Of a stretch of 64,000 nt of DNA, positions 1 to 9,431 are shown piece after piece (within the stretch, counting starts at the first letter, position 1; every line of letters begins with the position of its first letter). Made by a program: the position numbers and the translations under genes. The notes beneath the pieces were generated by a model that ran no database searches, was not told the origin of the DNA, and was given only the letters and a program-made list of their open reading frames with translations. The stretch covers positions 11,306 to 75,305 of the forward strand of contig CAZPNL010000001.1 of NCBI GenBank assembly GCA_964588145.1. The letters run 5' to 3'. Origin of the DNA: an uncultured Gammaproteobacteria bacterium (lineage in GTDB: Bacteria > Patescibacteriota > Microgenomatia > UBA10105 > UBA927).

Positions 1-716
1 GGCACAGCTTTTGGAGTCGTGCCTGTTGGTTTCCACGCAAGAGTGTCAACCATTTTTGCAAAAACTGCGGGCTCTACTAAGGAACTAGCCATCCAGATGA
101 CAAGTTCTGGTCGCTTTGGGACTTCGAAAAAATAGATATCATATGGGGTTTTGCCTAAACCGTCTATATATTTAACTTTATATCCCTTCATCCCTGTGCT
201 GTTTGTAAATTCTTGGATGTCGTTTACCCCTTTCCAGGTGTACTGTTTCCACCAAACGAGTGCGTAATCTTTTTTGGGTTTATTTATATATTGTTTCATG
301 TCATTTATTGTTGAGAGGTCTTCAACGCGTAAAAATATATTTTCATTTGCGTTTGTGTCTTTGTAAAAAATTGTAATTGGATCAAACGGATCACCAGGAA
401 ATACTCCCAATGCAAGATTTGATGGATAGGAAAATGTGTAAGGAAAGACATTGCCTTTTTGCTCTTGCCACTTCGCGTTGTTGTCGACGGGGATAGTGCC
501 AACAGGAGGAGATGATTTTGTGGCTTGATAGGATGGAGTTGAGCTTGGGCCAAGATAGGTTACACCGCCAGGGAGCACAGTAGTGCTGGGGCGACCCTTG
601 GCTTGGTTGTAGGCAAACAGAGTGATAGCAGTTAAAAATATGAATGCACCTATGGTAACTGCTAAGACTTGTTTGGTGTCTGTGTCTTTGGGAAGAAGGT
701 TTTTGAGGGCAACCAT
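1..716 (-). CDS. hypothetical membrane-anchored extracytoplasmic protein, C-terminally truncated by window edge (N-terminal signal-anchor TM, S/T/P-rich stalk, globular domain)
   Basis: Hand translation of minus strand: ATG at 716 with an in-frame TGA just upstream (720-722). No TTA/CTA/TCA triplet occurs in this frame down to position 1, giving >=238 codons (MVALKNLLPKDTDTKQVLAVTIGAFIFLTAITLFAYNQAKGRPSTTVLPGGVTYLGPSSTPSYQ...). Absent from the supplied ORF track because it runs off the edge. The track ORFs 391..735(-) and 305..553(-) are other frames. Confidence 0.6.
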   Translation of the reverse strand, partial: MVALKNLLPKDTDTKQVLAVTIGAFIFLTAITLFAYNQAKGRPSTTVLPGGVTYLGPSSTPSYQATKSSPPVGTIPVDNNAKWQEQKGNVFPYTFSYPSNLALGVFPGDPFDPITIFYKDTNANENIFLRVEDLSTINDMKQYINKPKKDYALVWWKQYTWKGVNDIQEFTNSTGMKGYKVKYIDGLGKTPYDIYFFEVPKRPELVIWMASSLVEPAVFAKMVDTLAWKPTGTTPKAV

Positions 717-763
717 ATGTCATAGAGACTATCAAAAATTATTATGATTCGTCAATCCTATCA

Positions 764-2461
764 CTATCTATCAATCTGCAGCGTAAAGTTTGTAATTGAG
801 CTTGGAACAGTAAATCTATATATACCTGTTTCCCACCTTTTTGTAGTGCCATCTGGTATGGAGGTTCCTTCAAATGTGATGAATTGCCCTGGGGGAGTTG
901 TCCGTAGTTTGAAGGTCTCAGGAATTTTTATAGAGATCAGTTGTGCAGAGTTGGCCACAGTACGGGCATGGGCTGAAATTTGAGTACACGCACCATCTTG
1001 GCAATCAAATTTATACCCAAGAGACCAGATTTTTGGGTACCTACTGGGTTGATAATTGGTGTTGAGGTAATCTAGGTCTGGTTGGGTAGGGAGCCAAAAT
1101 GATTTGCCACTTCGGTCCATAATGATGAATTTGGTTTGGGATTTTATGAGGCTTTCTGCAAGTGTTGGGAGAGGAATAGCGAGTCTTGATGCAAAAGTAC
1201 TGTATACATTGCAACAGATGTAGTATCCATCAGGACGGTACACATATGAACCAACCATGTCGTATATAGGTTCATTTGCGCTACTTATTTTATTTATATC
1301 GTGTAAAACTTGAACTTGTTCGGTATCCAGGTTTCCTGGGTCTATCCGATCTTTGTATTGTGCAAAGTATGAGAAACAGAGAATGCAAAGTAGTGGTAAC
1401 AGTGCGATCCACGACTGCTTGATAGGGATAATTGTGAATATTTTTTGTATGAGATTTCCTGCAGAAATAGCGAGAATATATCCTATTGGGATAAAATATT
1501 GTAGATATGGAGTTGGAAACACATAGAGCATGACACCTGCGCTTGCTAAAAAGATGAGGGTAAATAAGCTAACGTTTGTATATTTTTTTAGAAATACGAG
1601 TGCTCCCAGGATGCCGAATATCCAGGTGGCAGTGCTGATATACCAAGGGAGTGATGGGCCTTCCGCAGTCACATACACGAGTGCTAAGGGGGCAAATGGC
1701 TTCCAGAGTGCAAATGCGCCTTCACCTTCTTTGAGAACATGAGATCCGTGGATGATGTTTTCGTAGGCAAGTGGCAGTGTGCCCTGGATGAGTTGTTGGA
1801 GTATAAATAAGAAGATAGGGGTGCTAAATCCTAATACAAGATGCGGAATATTTCGCTTCGTTATAATTTTTTTATTCCACCAAAGAAAGGCTAATGCAGG
1901 AAGTGCATAAACAATTTTTAACAAAATGAGTACACTAAGTCCTGTGAGTAGACCGATACAATATATATGAAATCGTTTTTGTAGGTTAGGAATATATGTA
2001 AGTGTCGCGTACACAGCCCAAAGGTACATAAGAGTCATAAACATATCTGGACGTACTTCGAGTGATTTATCGATGACCATAGGAAAAACTGCTGCTACTG
2101 CAACGGCGAGTTTGGAAGCAAGCTCAGGGAGGGAAAATTTATGAGAAATTTTATATGTAAGAAGTAGTGAAAGTATCCACAATATAATATGTATGATTCT
2201 GGCAGCATGTAGCGAGTTGGGGCCATCGGGTAAAAGAAATGCGGGGTGAAGGATCCAATAATATACTGGAGTAAAGTTGATAAAAAAATCTTGATAGGGA
2301 AAGTGTCCGTGCAGTATGAGCCAATTCCAATGGAGATGTGCAAACTCGTCTTGATCAAAGTATCTCGTAAGTGCAAGATGGAGTCGCATGGCAACGATGA
2401 GCGCCAGATAAAGTGAAAATACAATATTGAGCGGCGTGATGAGATTCTTGATTTTTTGCAT
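764..2461 (-). CDS. polytopic membrane protein, GT-C-fold glycosyltransferase-like (ArnT/PMT-like first-loop D-Q-D-E motif) with C-terminal soluble domain
   Basis: 565-aa ORF with >=10 predicted TM helices. The first extracytoplasmic loop reads RYFDQDEFAHLHW. A ~190-aa hydrophilic C-terminal domain follows. Confidence 0.5.
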   Translation of the reverse strand: MQKIKNLITPLNIVFSLYLALIVAMRLHLALTRYFDQDEFAHLHWNWLILHGHFPYQDFFINFTPVYYWILHPAFLLPDGPNSLHAARIIHIILWILSLLLTYKISHKFSLPELASKLAVAVAAVFPMVIDKSLEVRPDMFMTLMYLWAVYATLTYIPNLQKRFHIYCIGLLTGLSVLILLKIVYALPALAFLWWNKKIITKRNIPHLVLGFSTPIFLFILQQLIQGTLPLAYENIIHGSHVLKEGEGAFALWKPFAPLALVYVTAEGPSLPWYISTATWIFGILGALVFLKKYTNVSLFTLIFLASAGVMLYVFPTPYLQYFIPIGYILAISAGNLIQKIFTIIPIKQSWIALLPLLCILCFSYFAQYKDRIDPGNLDTEQVQVLHDINKISSANEPIYDMVGSYVYRPDGYYICCNVYSTFASRLAIPLPTLAESLIKSQTKFIIMDRSGKSFWLPTQPDLDYLNTNYQPSRYPKIWSLGYKFDCQDGACTQISAHARTVANSAQLISIKIPETFKLRTTPPGQFITFEGTSIPDGTTKRWETGIYRFTVPSSITNFTLQIDR

Positions 2462-2506
2462 GTTAGGACAAATATACGGAGTAAAGTTCTCCGTGATTCT
2501 TATATC

Positions 2507-4102
2507 ATGAATAGCTATACTAGTGCCATGCTTCGAAAGTATGAAACTTTACTGGCTTTGCTAGTCTGTGTCGTAGTAGTTTTTGCGTCATTATTTCAGA
2601 CGTATGCGTTTGAAGGAGCAAAGCCTGCGGGATATATATCACCGCTTGTGCATGGTTATCAGCCAGACTATTATTATTATCTTTCGCTCATGCAGCAGGG
2701 GGCTGAAGGGAAAATATTAGTAACATCTCGGTATACATCAGAATATTTTGCACCACAGTTTGTCAATACGTTTTTTGTCCTTGCTGGTTTTTTGGGAAGT
2801 GGAGTATTAAGACTATGGATGCCACATGTTTACCTGTTACTTCGAGTGACATTTGGCATATTGGTTTTGTGGGGTGGTTACCGATTGGCAGGACAGCTTT
2901 TTTCTTCGGTATATGTGCGCCTTGGGGCATTTGCACTCATGATAGTAGGCGCTCCGTTTTGGGCAAAACAGGGGGCAATTTTTGTGACATCTGGATCATT
3001 TTGGGCTGAATTTGATCCTGTTGTGCGATTTGTATATTTGCCTCATCATATGGCGGCGATTGTACTCCTCATGTGGGCATTTTATTTGATTCAGACAGCC
3101 AAAACATTTCGAAATTATGTGCTTTCTGGAGTGCTTGGAGCATTGGGAGCATGGTGTAATCCTGCGGTTTTGTTTTTTTATGTTGGAGGGATAGGTATAT
3201 ATGGAGCAGCAAGCATTATTCAGCGCATGCAGCTGAAGATGATTATGCAAACGTTTTTTGTTTTGCTTTTTCCAAGCCTTGTAGTGATAGTCGCCTTTCA
3301 ATTGCTGCAAAATAGTGTATTTCCATGGACAGCGTTTCGAGATTGGGAAGCAGGGATGAGATATGAGCTGAATGGAGTAGGTTTTTTGAATGTTTTGGGC
3401 GTCGTGGGGTATATTGCTCTTCTTGGAATTGTGTTTTGTCTCGGTCAAAAGAATTCGCTTTGGTATTTAGTGATAGGATGGTTTGTCGTACCAATTGTAG
3501 TTTTGACTGTTCCATCCAACCTTTTGCCGCTTAGTAATGCCCGTTTTTTTCAAGGGTTTAGTCATATCCCAGCGGCGCTTTTAGCTGCTGTTGCGATTTC
3601 GAGAATAGTTCGAATTCTTTGGAAGGTGGGGGTGTCTGTGAATGTTTCCCTCATTATTTTTGGCAGTATTTTATCCATAAATGCAATTCCATCGTATATT
3701 GCAAGTTACCAACAGCAAATGGCAAGTGTTGAGCAAGATAGATGGAATATCGTTCAGTATATGTCGCCTGAGGTGTTTGCAACAATGGAAGCATTAACTC
3801 ATCTAGGAAATCATGATGATGTTGTTGTGGCGCCGGGGTGGTTATCTACAATGATTCCTGGAATTACTGACAAGCGAACGATTACAGGACATCCAACGTT
3901 TACTTATGATGGCAATACGAAGGGTGCACATTTGGCTGCCATTGAGCATCCTACGGATATTAGTATTGTTAATGATGTTGCCACAATAGAGCATGTGCGC
4001 TTTATATGGTGGGAAAAATTACAAAATGGTGAACCACTTTATGCCTCAATAGCACAAAAAGTTTATGAAAATGAGAGGTATGCGCTGTATCAATTGTATT
4101 GA
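2507..4102 (+). CDS. polytopic membrane protein, uncharacterised GT-C-like paralog family (member 1 of 5)
   Basis: The track ORF 2456..4102 would overlap the divergent upstream gene, so the in-frame ATG at 2507 is preferred. First-loop motif GYQPDYYYYLSLMQQGAEGKILVTSRYTSE is shared with 4109, 11572, 51988(-) and 53673(-). Many TM helices plus a conserved C-terminal periplasmic domain. Confidence 0.55.
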   Translation: MNSYTSAMLRKYETLLALLVCVVVVFASLFQTYAFEGAKPAGYISPLVHGYQPDYYYYLSLMQQGAEGKILVTSRYTSEYFAPQFVNTFFVLAGFLGSGVLRLWMPHVYLLLRVTFGILVLWGGYRLAGQLFSSVYVRLGAFALMIVGAPFWAKQGAIFVTSGSFWAEFDPVVRFVYLPHHMAAIVLLMWAFYLIQTAKTFRNYVLSGVLGALGAWCNPAVLFFYVGGIGIYGAASIIQRMQLKMIMQTFFVLLFPSLVVIVAFQLLQNSVFPWTAFRDWEAGMRYELNGVGFLNVLGVVGYIALLGIVFCLGQKNSLWYLVIGWFVVPIVVLTVPSNLLPLSNARFFQGFSHIPAALLAAVAISRIVRILWKVGVSVNVSLIIFGSILSINAIPSYIASYQQQMASVEQDRWNIVQYMSPEVFATMEALTHLGNHDDVVVAPGWLSTMIPGITDKRTITGHPTFTYDGNTKGAHLAAIEHPTDISIVNDVATIEHVRFIWWEKLQNGEPLYASIAQKVYENERYALYQLY

Positions 4103-4108
4103 TGGGTT

Positions 4109-5962
4109 TTGATCTACTTTCACATTCTGCAAATATTTCTTACAATGATCTTCATGGCGTCACGATGGCTTTGGATATTATTGTGCTTATTTTTTCTCCA
4201 GTTTTCTCTCTGGCCGATGATGTATGAGATTAATCAGCAAAGCACGCTCCGACCTGAGAGATATTTTGAGCTTGTACATAATTTTCCAACGGATTTTAAT
4301 TTTTATCTGTCGAGAATTCGTGAGGGGATTGAGGGGTCACCTACTGTTGTCGAAAAGTATACTTCTGAGCCGCACAATGGTTCTTATATACATATATTAT
4401 ATTTAGCATTAGGTTGGATAGGAGGATTTGTTCGTGTGCCGTGGCACCTATCCTCAGATGTGTATCATGTGGCACGCACTATATTTGGGTTTACACTTCT
4501 TGTGATGTTTGCAAAGTTTGCAAAACAATCTTTTGCGACGATACGATGGCAGGTATTTGCATTTTTGGTAGCAGTTACTGCTAGTTCGTGGCCAAAATTT
4601 CAGTGGATGGAGGACGGATCTCCCAGGCTAGGTGGCTATATGCCGTGGTGGAGCGTCATGGATAGTTTGCAACGTATTACCTTCATACCACATCTTGTGC
4701 TAGGTCAGGCCTTGATGATATTTTTAGTCCTCGGGTTTTGTAACGATACAGTTCGGACGAAATGGGGGAATTGGATATTTTTGGGTGTGATGGGGTTTGT
4801 TTTGGGAGTGTTTTTTCCTCCGGGGATCATTGTGGTGTGGTGCGTATACGGATTTTATGCGCTTATATCGGCGATATTCCAGCGACAGGGTAAACGGATA
4901 AATATTTTTTCGAAGTTTATAGAATTTGTAGTACCAATGGGTGTTAATGTCATGCTTTCTGTGCCTTCCCTAGTGTATCTAAGTCTCATGACGGGTTTTT
5001 ATCCATGGAAACGACTTGCTGAGTTAGATATTATTAAGCCTTTACCATTTCAATATCAGGAGTATTTTACAGCAGTAGGGCCAGTATTGCCTTTGGGTAT
5101 ATTAGGGCTTTTGTTGGTTATTTGGAAAAGAGAGACGCGACTGTATGTGGCAGTCGCTTGGGTGATGGCATGGGCGTTTTTGCTTGGTATATTTAATTTT
5201 ATCCCGCAGCAAAGCCCTTTGAGGTTTTCGGAAATGATCCCACATTTGCCTTTGGGATTATTGTCTGTTTATGTGATTTATACAGTATATGCATATCTCG
5301 TGCACGTGTTGCGTGTGCAAGGAGTCAGCGGAGTCGGTGTGTCTCGGGCGCACGCGCGGAAGATTACAAACTTTCTTTCTGCTCTTCCTATGACTCTCTT
5401 CGTGCCAATGAAAGAAGTTTCTACAAATGTGCGTCCGGTATTTCTCGCACTTTGGGCATTGTCAATATTATGCGTGATTTATATTGCGCTCTTTTTATTT
5501 TATATGTATTCGTCATATATGTGGCAACATGACTTTGTTGATCATAAGATACGTGCGACATATCCATTGGTTCCACAGGGGAGCTATGTGATGTATCCGT
5601 TGAAAGACTTTGTAAACGCTATTCGATTTATCCAAGACACCACAAAGCGTGAAGAAGTGGTTTTATCTGAGGTAAATACAGGAAATTATATCCCTGTCTA
5701 CAGCGGTAATACTGTATACATAGGACATGACAACACGGTGAAGCTTGAAGAAAAAAAGATGTTTACGAGAGCCTTTTATGCTGGGACCATGAAGCCAGCC
5801 GAAGCACAAGAATTTTTGCAAACAGAACGAATTAGTCGAATATTTTATGGCCCTCTCGAAAAAGAAGATGGGGGACATGCTGATATGTCCAAAGTATATC
5901 CATTTTTGGAAAAAGTGTATGAAAATAGTTATATCATGATTTATAAGCCAAAATTTAATTGA
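4109..5962 (+). CDS. polytopic membrane protein, uncharacterised GT-C-like paralog family (member 2 of 5)
   Basis: 617-aa ORF starting at TTG 4109, with an alternative ATG at 4145. First-loop motif PTDFNFYLSRIREGIEGSPTVVEKYTSEP. The C-terminus ...VYENSYIMIYKPKF aligns with ...VYENERYALYQLY of the upstream paralog. Confidence 0.55.
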   Translation: MIYFHILQIFLTMIFMASRWLWILLCLFFLQFSLWPMMYEINQQSTLRPERYFELVHNFPTDFNFYLSRIREGIEGSPTVVEKYTSEPHNGSYIHILYLALGWIGGFVRVPWHLSSDVYHVARTIFGFTLLVMFAKFAKQSFATIRWQVFAFLVAVTASSWPKFQWMEDGSPRLGGYMPWWSVMDSLQRITFIPHLVLGQALMIFLVLGFCNDTVRTKWGNWIFLGVMGFVLGVFFPPGIIVVWCVYGFYALISAIFQRQGKRINIFSKFIEFVVPMGVNVMLSVPSLVYLSLMTGFYPWKRLAELDIIKPLPFQYQEYFTAVGPVLPLGILGLLLVIWKRETRLYVAVAWVMAWAFLLGIFNFIPQQSPLRFSEMIPHLPLGLLSVYVIYTVYAYLVHVLRVQGVSGVGVSRAHARKITNFLSALPMTLFVPMKEVSTNVRPVFLALWALSILCVIYIALFLFYMYSSYMWQHDFVDHKIRATYPLVPQGSYVMYPLKDFVNAIRFIQDTTKREEVVLSEVNTGNYIPVYSGNTVYIGHDNTVKLEEKKMFTRAFYAGTMKPAEAQEFLQTERISRIFYGPLEKEDGGHADMSKVYPFLEKVYENSYIMIYKPKFN

Positions 5963-5994
5963 TAAATTCGTTGCTTCGTATATCCACTGTCTAA

Positions 5995-7269
5995 ATGTGT
6001 ATGAGAAAAAAACAGGCTATTGCCGAAATTTCTTTTGTGCTTTTTTGTTTTTTAGTAGGGATATGGTTTCGTCTCTGGCTTATTCATGGTAATCCTCAGC
6101 CGGTTTTGTATGACCAGGTGGAGTATGAGAACTATGCGAAACGGATGATTGAGGCACCGTTTATGCTTGCTCCTCATAGTTATCGAACGTATCCGTATCC
6201 GCTTTTTATTGTTCTTGTCTATTTGCAAGCAGGAATAGGAAATATTGATGCTGTTTATAATGCGCAAGCTGTTCTGGATAGTTTAAGTGGCGTATTAGTA
6301 TATGTGTTGGTGCGATACGGGTTTGGGCGTACAAAAGAATCACTTCTCTCGCTTGTACTGTACACGTTTAATCCCATAACATCTGGATATGTGGGTGTGT
6401 TACTTTCTGAAGTACTCTCTACTTTTTCGATCATTGCGACACTTGTCGTTGGGCTGTGGTTTTTGAAAAAACCTAATATATGGAGTGGGATTCTCTTTGG
6501 TCTTGTGGCTGGAATTGCAGCTGAGACGCGAAATGCAGCATTTATATGGGCAGGAATACCTATAGCTCTTACGTATTTTTGGATTCGAAAGTCTTTGCAA
6601 TGGATGGCTTATGGGGGCATTTTGCTAGGACTTGCAGCATCAGTGCTGTATCCACTTATCACAAATTATCAAAAATATAGAGAAATCAATATTACGACTG
6701 TTGATAGTTTTTATGCGAAGGAGTTTTATAACGGTGTTATGCTCCGTCAACTCGATCCTTTTACCACTGTGTATCCCCCTGAGACTGCAACAATGTTTTA
6801 TGAATATTATACAGAGCAAAACCCTGAGCGGACGCCTGCCGGACGGAAAGAAATGGCGGATAAATATTTTAAACGCGCGTGGGACTTGATAGTTAAAGAC
6901 CCTTGGGATTATGCCAAGATGCGTGTATTTAAAATGTGGTATATGTGGCAGAAAGAAAATATATTTTTTTATTACGAACCAGAATTTGTATGGAGGAGAT
7001 CCTGGATATATCTGGGAAATTTGCTGCTTTTGGGCATGACTATCGTAGGGCTTGTGCAAACAGTTCGCAGAACAACACATCTTTCTCGATGGACATGGTG
7101 GTCTACTCTAGGGTCTTTAGTTTATGCCACATTTGTATTTAGTTTTAGTCATGCTGAATATCGAATCACAGTGCCGTTTTATCCACTTCTGTTTGCTTTA
7201 GCTGGCATTGGGGTGGGGGCATGTTGGAAAGCTAGTACATATTTGTTTCACAAGCGAGGTATGCAATGA
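5995..7269 (+). CDS. ArnT/PMT-like GT-C glycosyltransferase (GT39/GT83-like)
   Basis: 424-aa polytopic membrane protein. The first loop DQVEYENYAKRMIEAP matches the DExRYAEIAREM signature of ArnT-family lipid-linked sugar transferases. Confidence 0.55.
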   Translation: MCMRKKQAIAEISFVLFCFLVGIWFRLWLIHGNPQPVLYDQVEYENYAKRMIEAPFMLAPHSYRTYPYPLFIVLVYLQAGIGNIDAVYNAQAVLDSLSGVLVYVLVRYGFGRTKESLLSLVLYTFNPITSGYVGVLLSEVLSTFSIIATLVVGLWFLKKPNIWSGILFGLVAGIAAETRNAAFIWAGIPIALTYFWIRKSLQWMAYGGILLGLAASVLYPLITNYQKYREINITTVDSFYAKEFYNGVMLRQLDPFTTVYPPETATMFYEYYTEQNPERTPAGRKEMADKYFKRAWDLIVKDPWDYAKMRVFKMWYMWQKENIFFYYEPEFVWRRSWIYLGNLLLLGMTIVGLVQTVRRTTHLSRWTWWSTLGSLVYATFVFSFSHAEYRITVPFYPLLFALAGIGVGACWKASTYLFHKRGMQ

Positions 7270-9431
7270 ATGTTATTAAATTATTACAAAGATATTTGAG
7301 ATTGCCAAAATTTTTTGTAACAATGATTCCTTTTATGTTATTTATACTCGTGACTGGCTATGTGCTCTGGCCAGGACTTGTGCCACCCAAAGGAATGATG
7401 CTGTTTGGTGATGATATAGATCGATTATCGTATTTTTGGATATCATTTTTTAATCAAGAGATTGCTCAGGGACATTTGCCATTTTGGAATCCATTTCAAT
7501 TTAGTGGACTGCCCTATACGCAAGCATTTCACTCTGGTATATGGTACTTGCCACATTGGATATTAAGCTTTGTGTCGCTCCAATATGCATTTGCGTGGTA
7601 TTTTGCGTTTCATATGTTTTTGGCAATGTGCACAATGTATATGCTTGTGCGTACATGGACCACAAAAGTGCCAGCGATGGTTGCTGCAATTGCGTATAGC
7701 TTGTCTGGGCCATTTGCGGCTCAGATATGGGCGGGGCATTTTGACGCTCTGGCAGCATTTGCCATGATGCCTGTTGTATTTCGAGTCTTTTTTTGGGCGA
7801 TAGAAAAAGTTTCCGCCATTCGTACTGTCGCTTTTGCGTTTGCTATCGCCCTTATGTTTGTATCAGGTTATCCTGTTATCACTCTTTTTGCGTTGGAAAT
7901 GTTGGGAATGGGGACGCTTTATTATGCCTTGTTACAACGATCAGTAAAGCCTCTCATAACATCTGGTGTGGCTGTCGCTTTGGCATTTGGACTTATATCT
8001 GTTCAGTATTTTCCTAACAGTGAATATGTGGGTAGGACTGTCCGAAGTTTTGACATTTCCTATGCCTGGCTTGCTATAGGAGCGCTAGAGCCAACACATC
8101 TGGTCGAATATATCATGCCGTTTATATATGGAGATCAATATACATACTTTGGTCCATGGCAGTTCTATCATGAGCGGATTGGGTATATAGGGGTGTTGCC
8201 ACTAGTTTTAGGGATTGTCATGATTTTCATTTCGTTTCTGAAATTGAGGAAAAATACTCATGCTTGGATTTTTATAGGAACAGCTATATTTGGCTTATGG
8301 GTTTCGTTTGCATATAACGCTCCATTTGATCTCAATAGATTTCTGTATGAGCATGTGCCTTTGTATCAGTCAATTCGAATACCTACACGACATGTGATTC
8401 TGTTTGTATTTGGCATGAGTGCTTTATCAGGATTTGCGTTGACATATCTTAAAAATAAATGGATACAATTTGGAATCTTGCTGGTAGTGATTGTGGATAT
8501 GACGCAATTTACCAAACATTTTGTGGGTTTAAAGGAGTTGCCTACTGTCCGACATGAGCCATATGTATTAGAACAGCTGCAAAAAGATTTTGATTTGGTG
8601 CGGTATGTACCAAATTTTAATCAAGGAGCTGTACCACGGGATGTCTTGGATTTTGCGGCACCTAGTTATTACGGAGTGTATTCGGTAACCGGATATGATC
8701 CGTCTATGCTTCGAAATTACTTTGAATTTATATCTGCGATGAATGGCATGAGTGAACCTTCTATCAGAGACTATGATGTACAAGTACCATACCTGGATCT
8801 ATTATCCCCATATGTAAATTTTTTGAATATTAAATATGTACTTGTGCCTCCTTGGCAGGATCCAATTGGGAGGGCGTATTCAGATTGGTATACAATGCTG
8901 CGCGAAGATGGACAGCGAATGTATAGGTTGTATCAAAATAACCGAGTGCTCCCAAGATTTTTCTTTACACGAGATTTACTTCCATTGGCTGATAGACAGG
9001 CGATTTATCAGGCTATCGTTTCCCGACAAATAAAGAATATATCAAACACTGTGCTAGTGGATCGTCATTTTGTGCCTCTTGGTACACCACTTTCCTCGGA
9101 TTGTCCGTTAGGAGCGTATCCAAAACTATCTCTTGTGTTGTATGAGGCAAATAAGATACTGCTCTCGTCAGATGGTGCGTGTGGGGCAATTTTAGCTACA
9201 AGTGAAGTATATTATCCTGGGTGGCATGCATATTTGGATGACAAAGAAACGCCCATAATTGAGGGAAACCTGGCTTTTCGTACGCTTTTTGTACCAAAAG
9301 GCGTAAAAAAAATAGAATTTGCTTATGTGCCAACGAGCATGTATCAAGGGGCAATAGTTTCCATTCTTAGTACAGCTTGTGCAATCGTTTGGGTAGTTCT
9401 GGAAAAATTATGGTCAAAAAAGCATTCTTAA
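7266..9431 (+). CDS. YfhO-family membrane glycosyltransferase-like protein
   Basis: 721 aa with many TM helices. C-terminal signature EVYYPGWHAYLDDKETPIIEGNLAFRTLFVPKGVKKIEFAYVP is typical of YfhO (Y-PGW-A-VDG ... F-Y-P). 4-bp ATGA overlap with the upstream gene. Confidence 0.65.
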   Translation: MNVIKLLQRYLRLPKFFVTMIPFMLFILVTGYVLWPGLVPPKGMMLFGDDIDRLSYFWISFFNQEIAQGHLPFWNPFQFSGLPYTQAFHSGIWYLPHWILSFVSLQYAFAWYFAFHMFLAMCTMYMLVRTWTTKVPAMVAAIAYSLSGPFAAQIWAGHFDALAAFAMMPVVFRVFFWAIEKVSAIRTVAFAFAIALMFVSGYPVITLFALEMLGMGTLYYALLQRSVKPLITSGVAVALAFGLISVQYFPNSEYVGRTVRSFDISYAWLAIGALEPTHLVEYIMPFIYGDQYTYFGPWQFYHERIGYIGVLPLVLGIVMIFISFLKLRKNTHAWIFIGTAIFGLWVSFAYNAPFDLNRFLYEHVPLYQSIRIPTRHVILFVFGMSALSGFALTYLKNKWIQFGILLVVIVDMTQFTKHFVGLKELPTVRHEPYVLEQLQKDFDLVRYVPNFNQGAVPRDVLDFAAPSYYGVYSVTGYDPSMLRNYFEFISAMNGMSEPSIRDYDVQVPYLDLLSPYVNFLNIKYVLVPPWQDPIGRAYSDWYTMLREDGQRMYRLYQNNRVLPRFFFTRDLLPLADRQAIYQAIVSRQIKNISNTVLVDRHFVPLGTPLSSDCPLGAYPKLSLVLYEANKILLSSDGACGAILATSEVYYPGWHAYLDDKETPIIEGNLAFRTLFVPKGVKKIEFAYVPTSMYQGAIVSILSTACAIVWVVLEKLWSKKHS

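Noticed and set aside
305-735. ORF-track minus-strand ORFs 391..735 (114 aa) and 305..553 (82 aa)
   Set aside because: The translations are low-complexity and implausible. A different minus-strand frame carries a long, clean, edge-truncated ORF (1..716) that explains the region.
744-983. 79-aa plus-strand ORF
   Set aside because: It is antisense to the 3' end of the 565-aa membrane gene (764..2461). No supporting features, so likely a shadow ORF.
2095-7080. Numerous 60-150-aa antisense or alternate-frame ORFs inside large membrane-protein genes (e.g. 2095..2424, 2996..3448, 6640..7080, 43883..44383, 60091..60438)
   Set aside because: They lie fully inside well-supported longer genes on the opposite strand or another frame and have biased, low-complexity translations. 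Typical shadow ORFs.
9377-9409. Long 5' extensions and overlaps in track ORFs (9377, 11491, 38880, 56325, 37780, 38381, 41644, 55316)
   Set aside because: Internal in-frame ATGs give N-termini that align with paralogs or give canonical ATGA or 1-nt junctions with the upstream stop. The long overlaps are probably artefacts of the longest-ORF rule.
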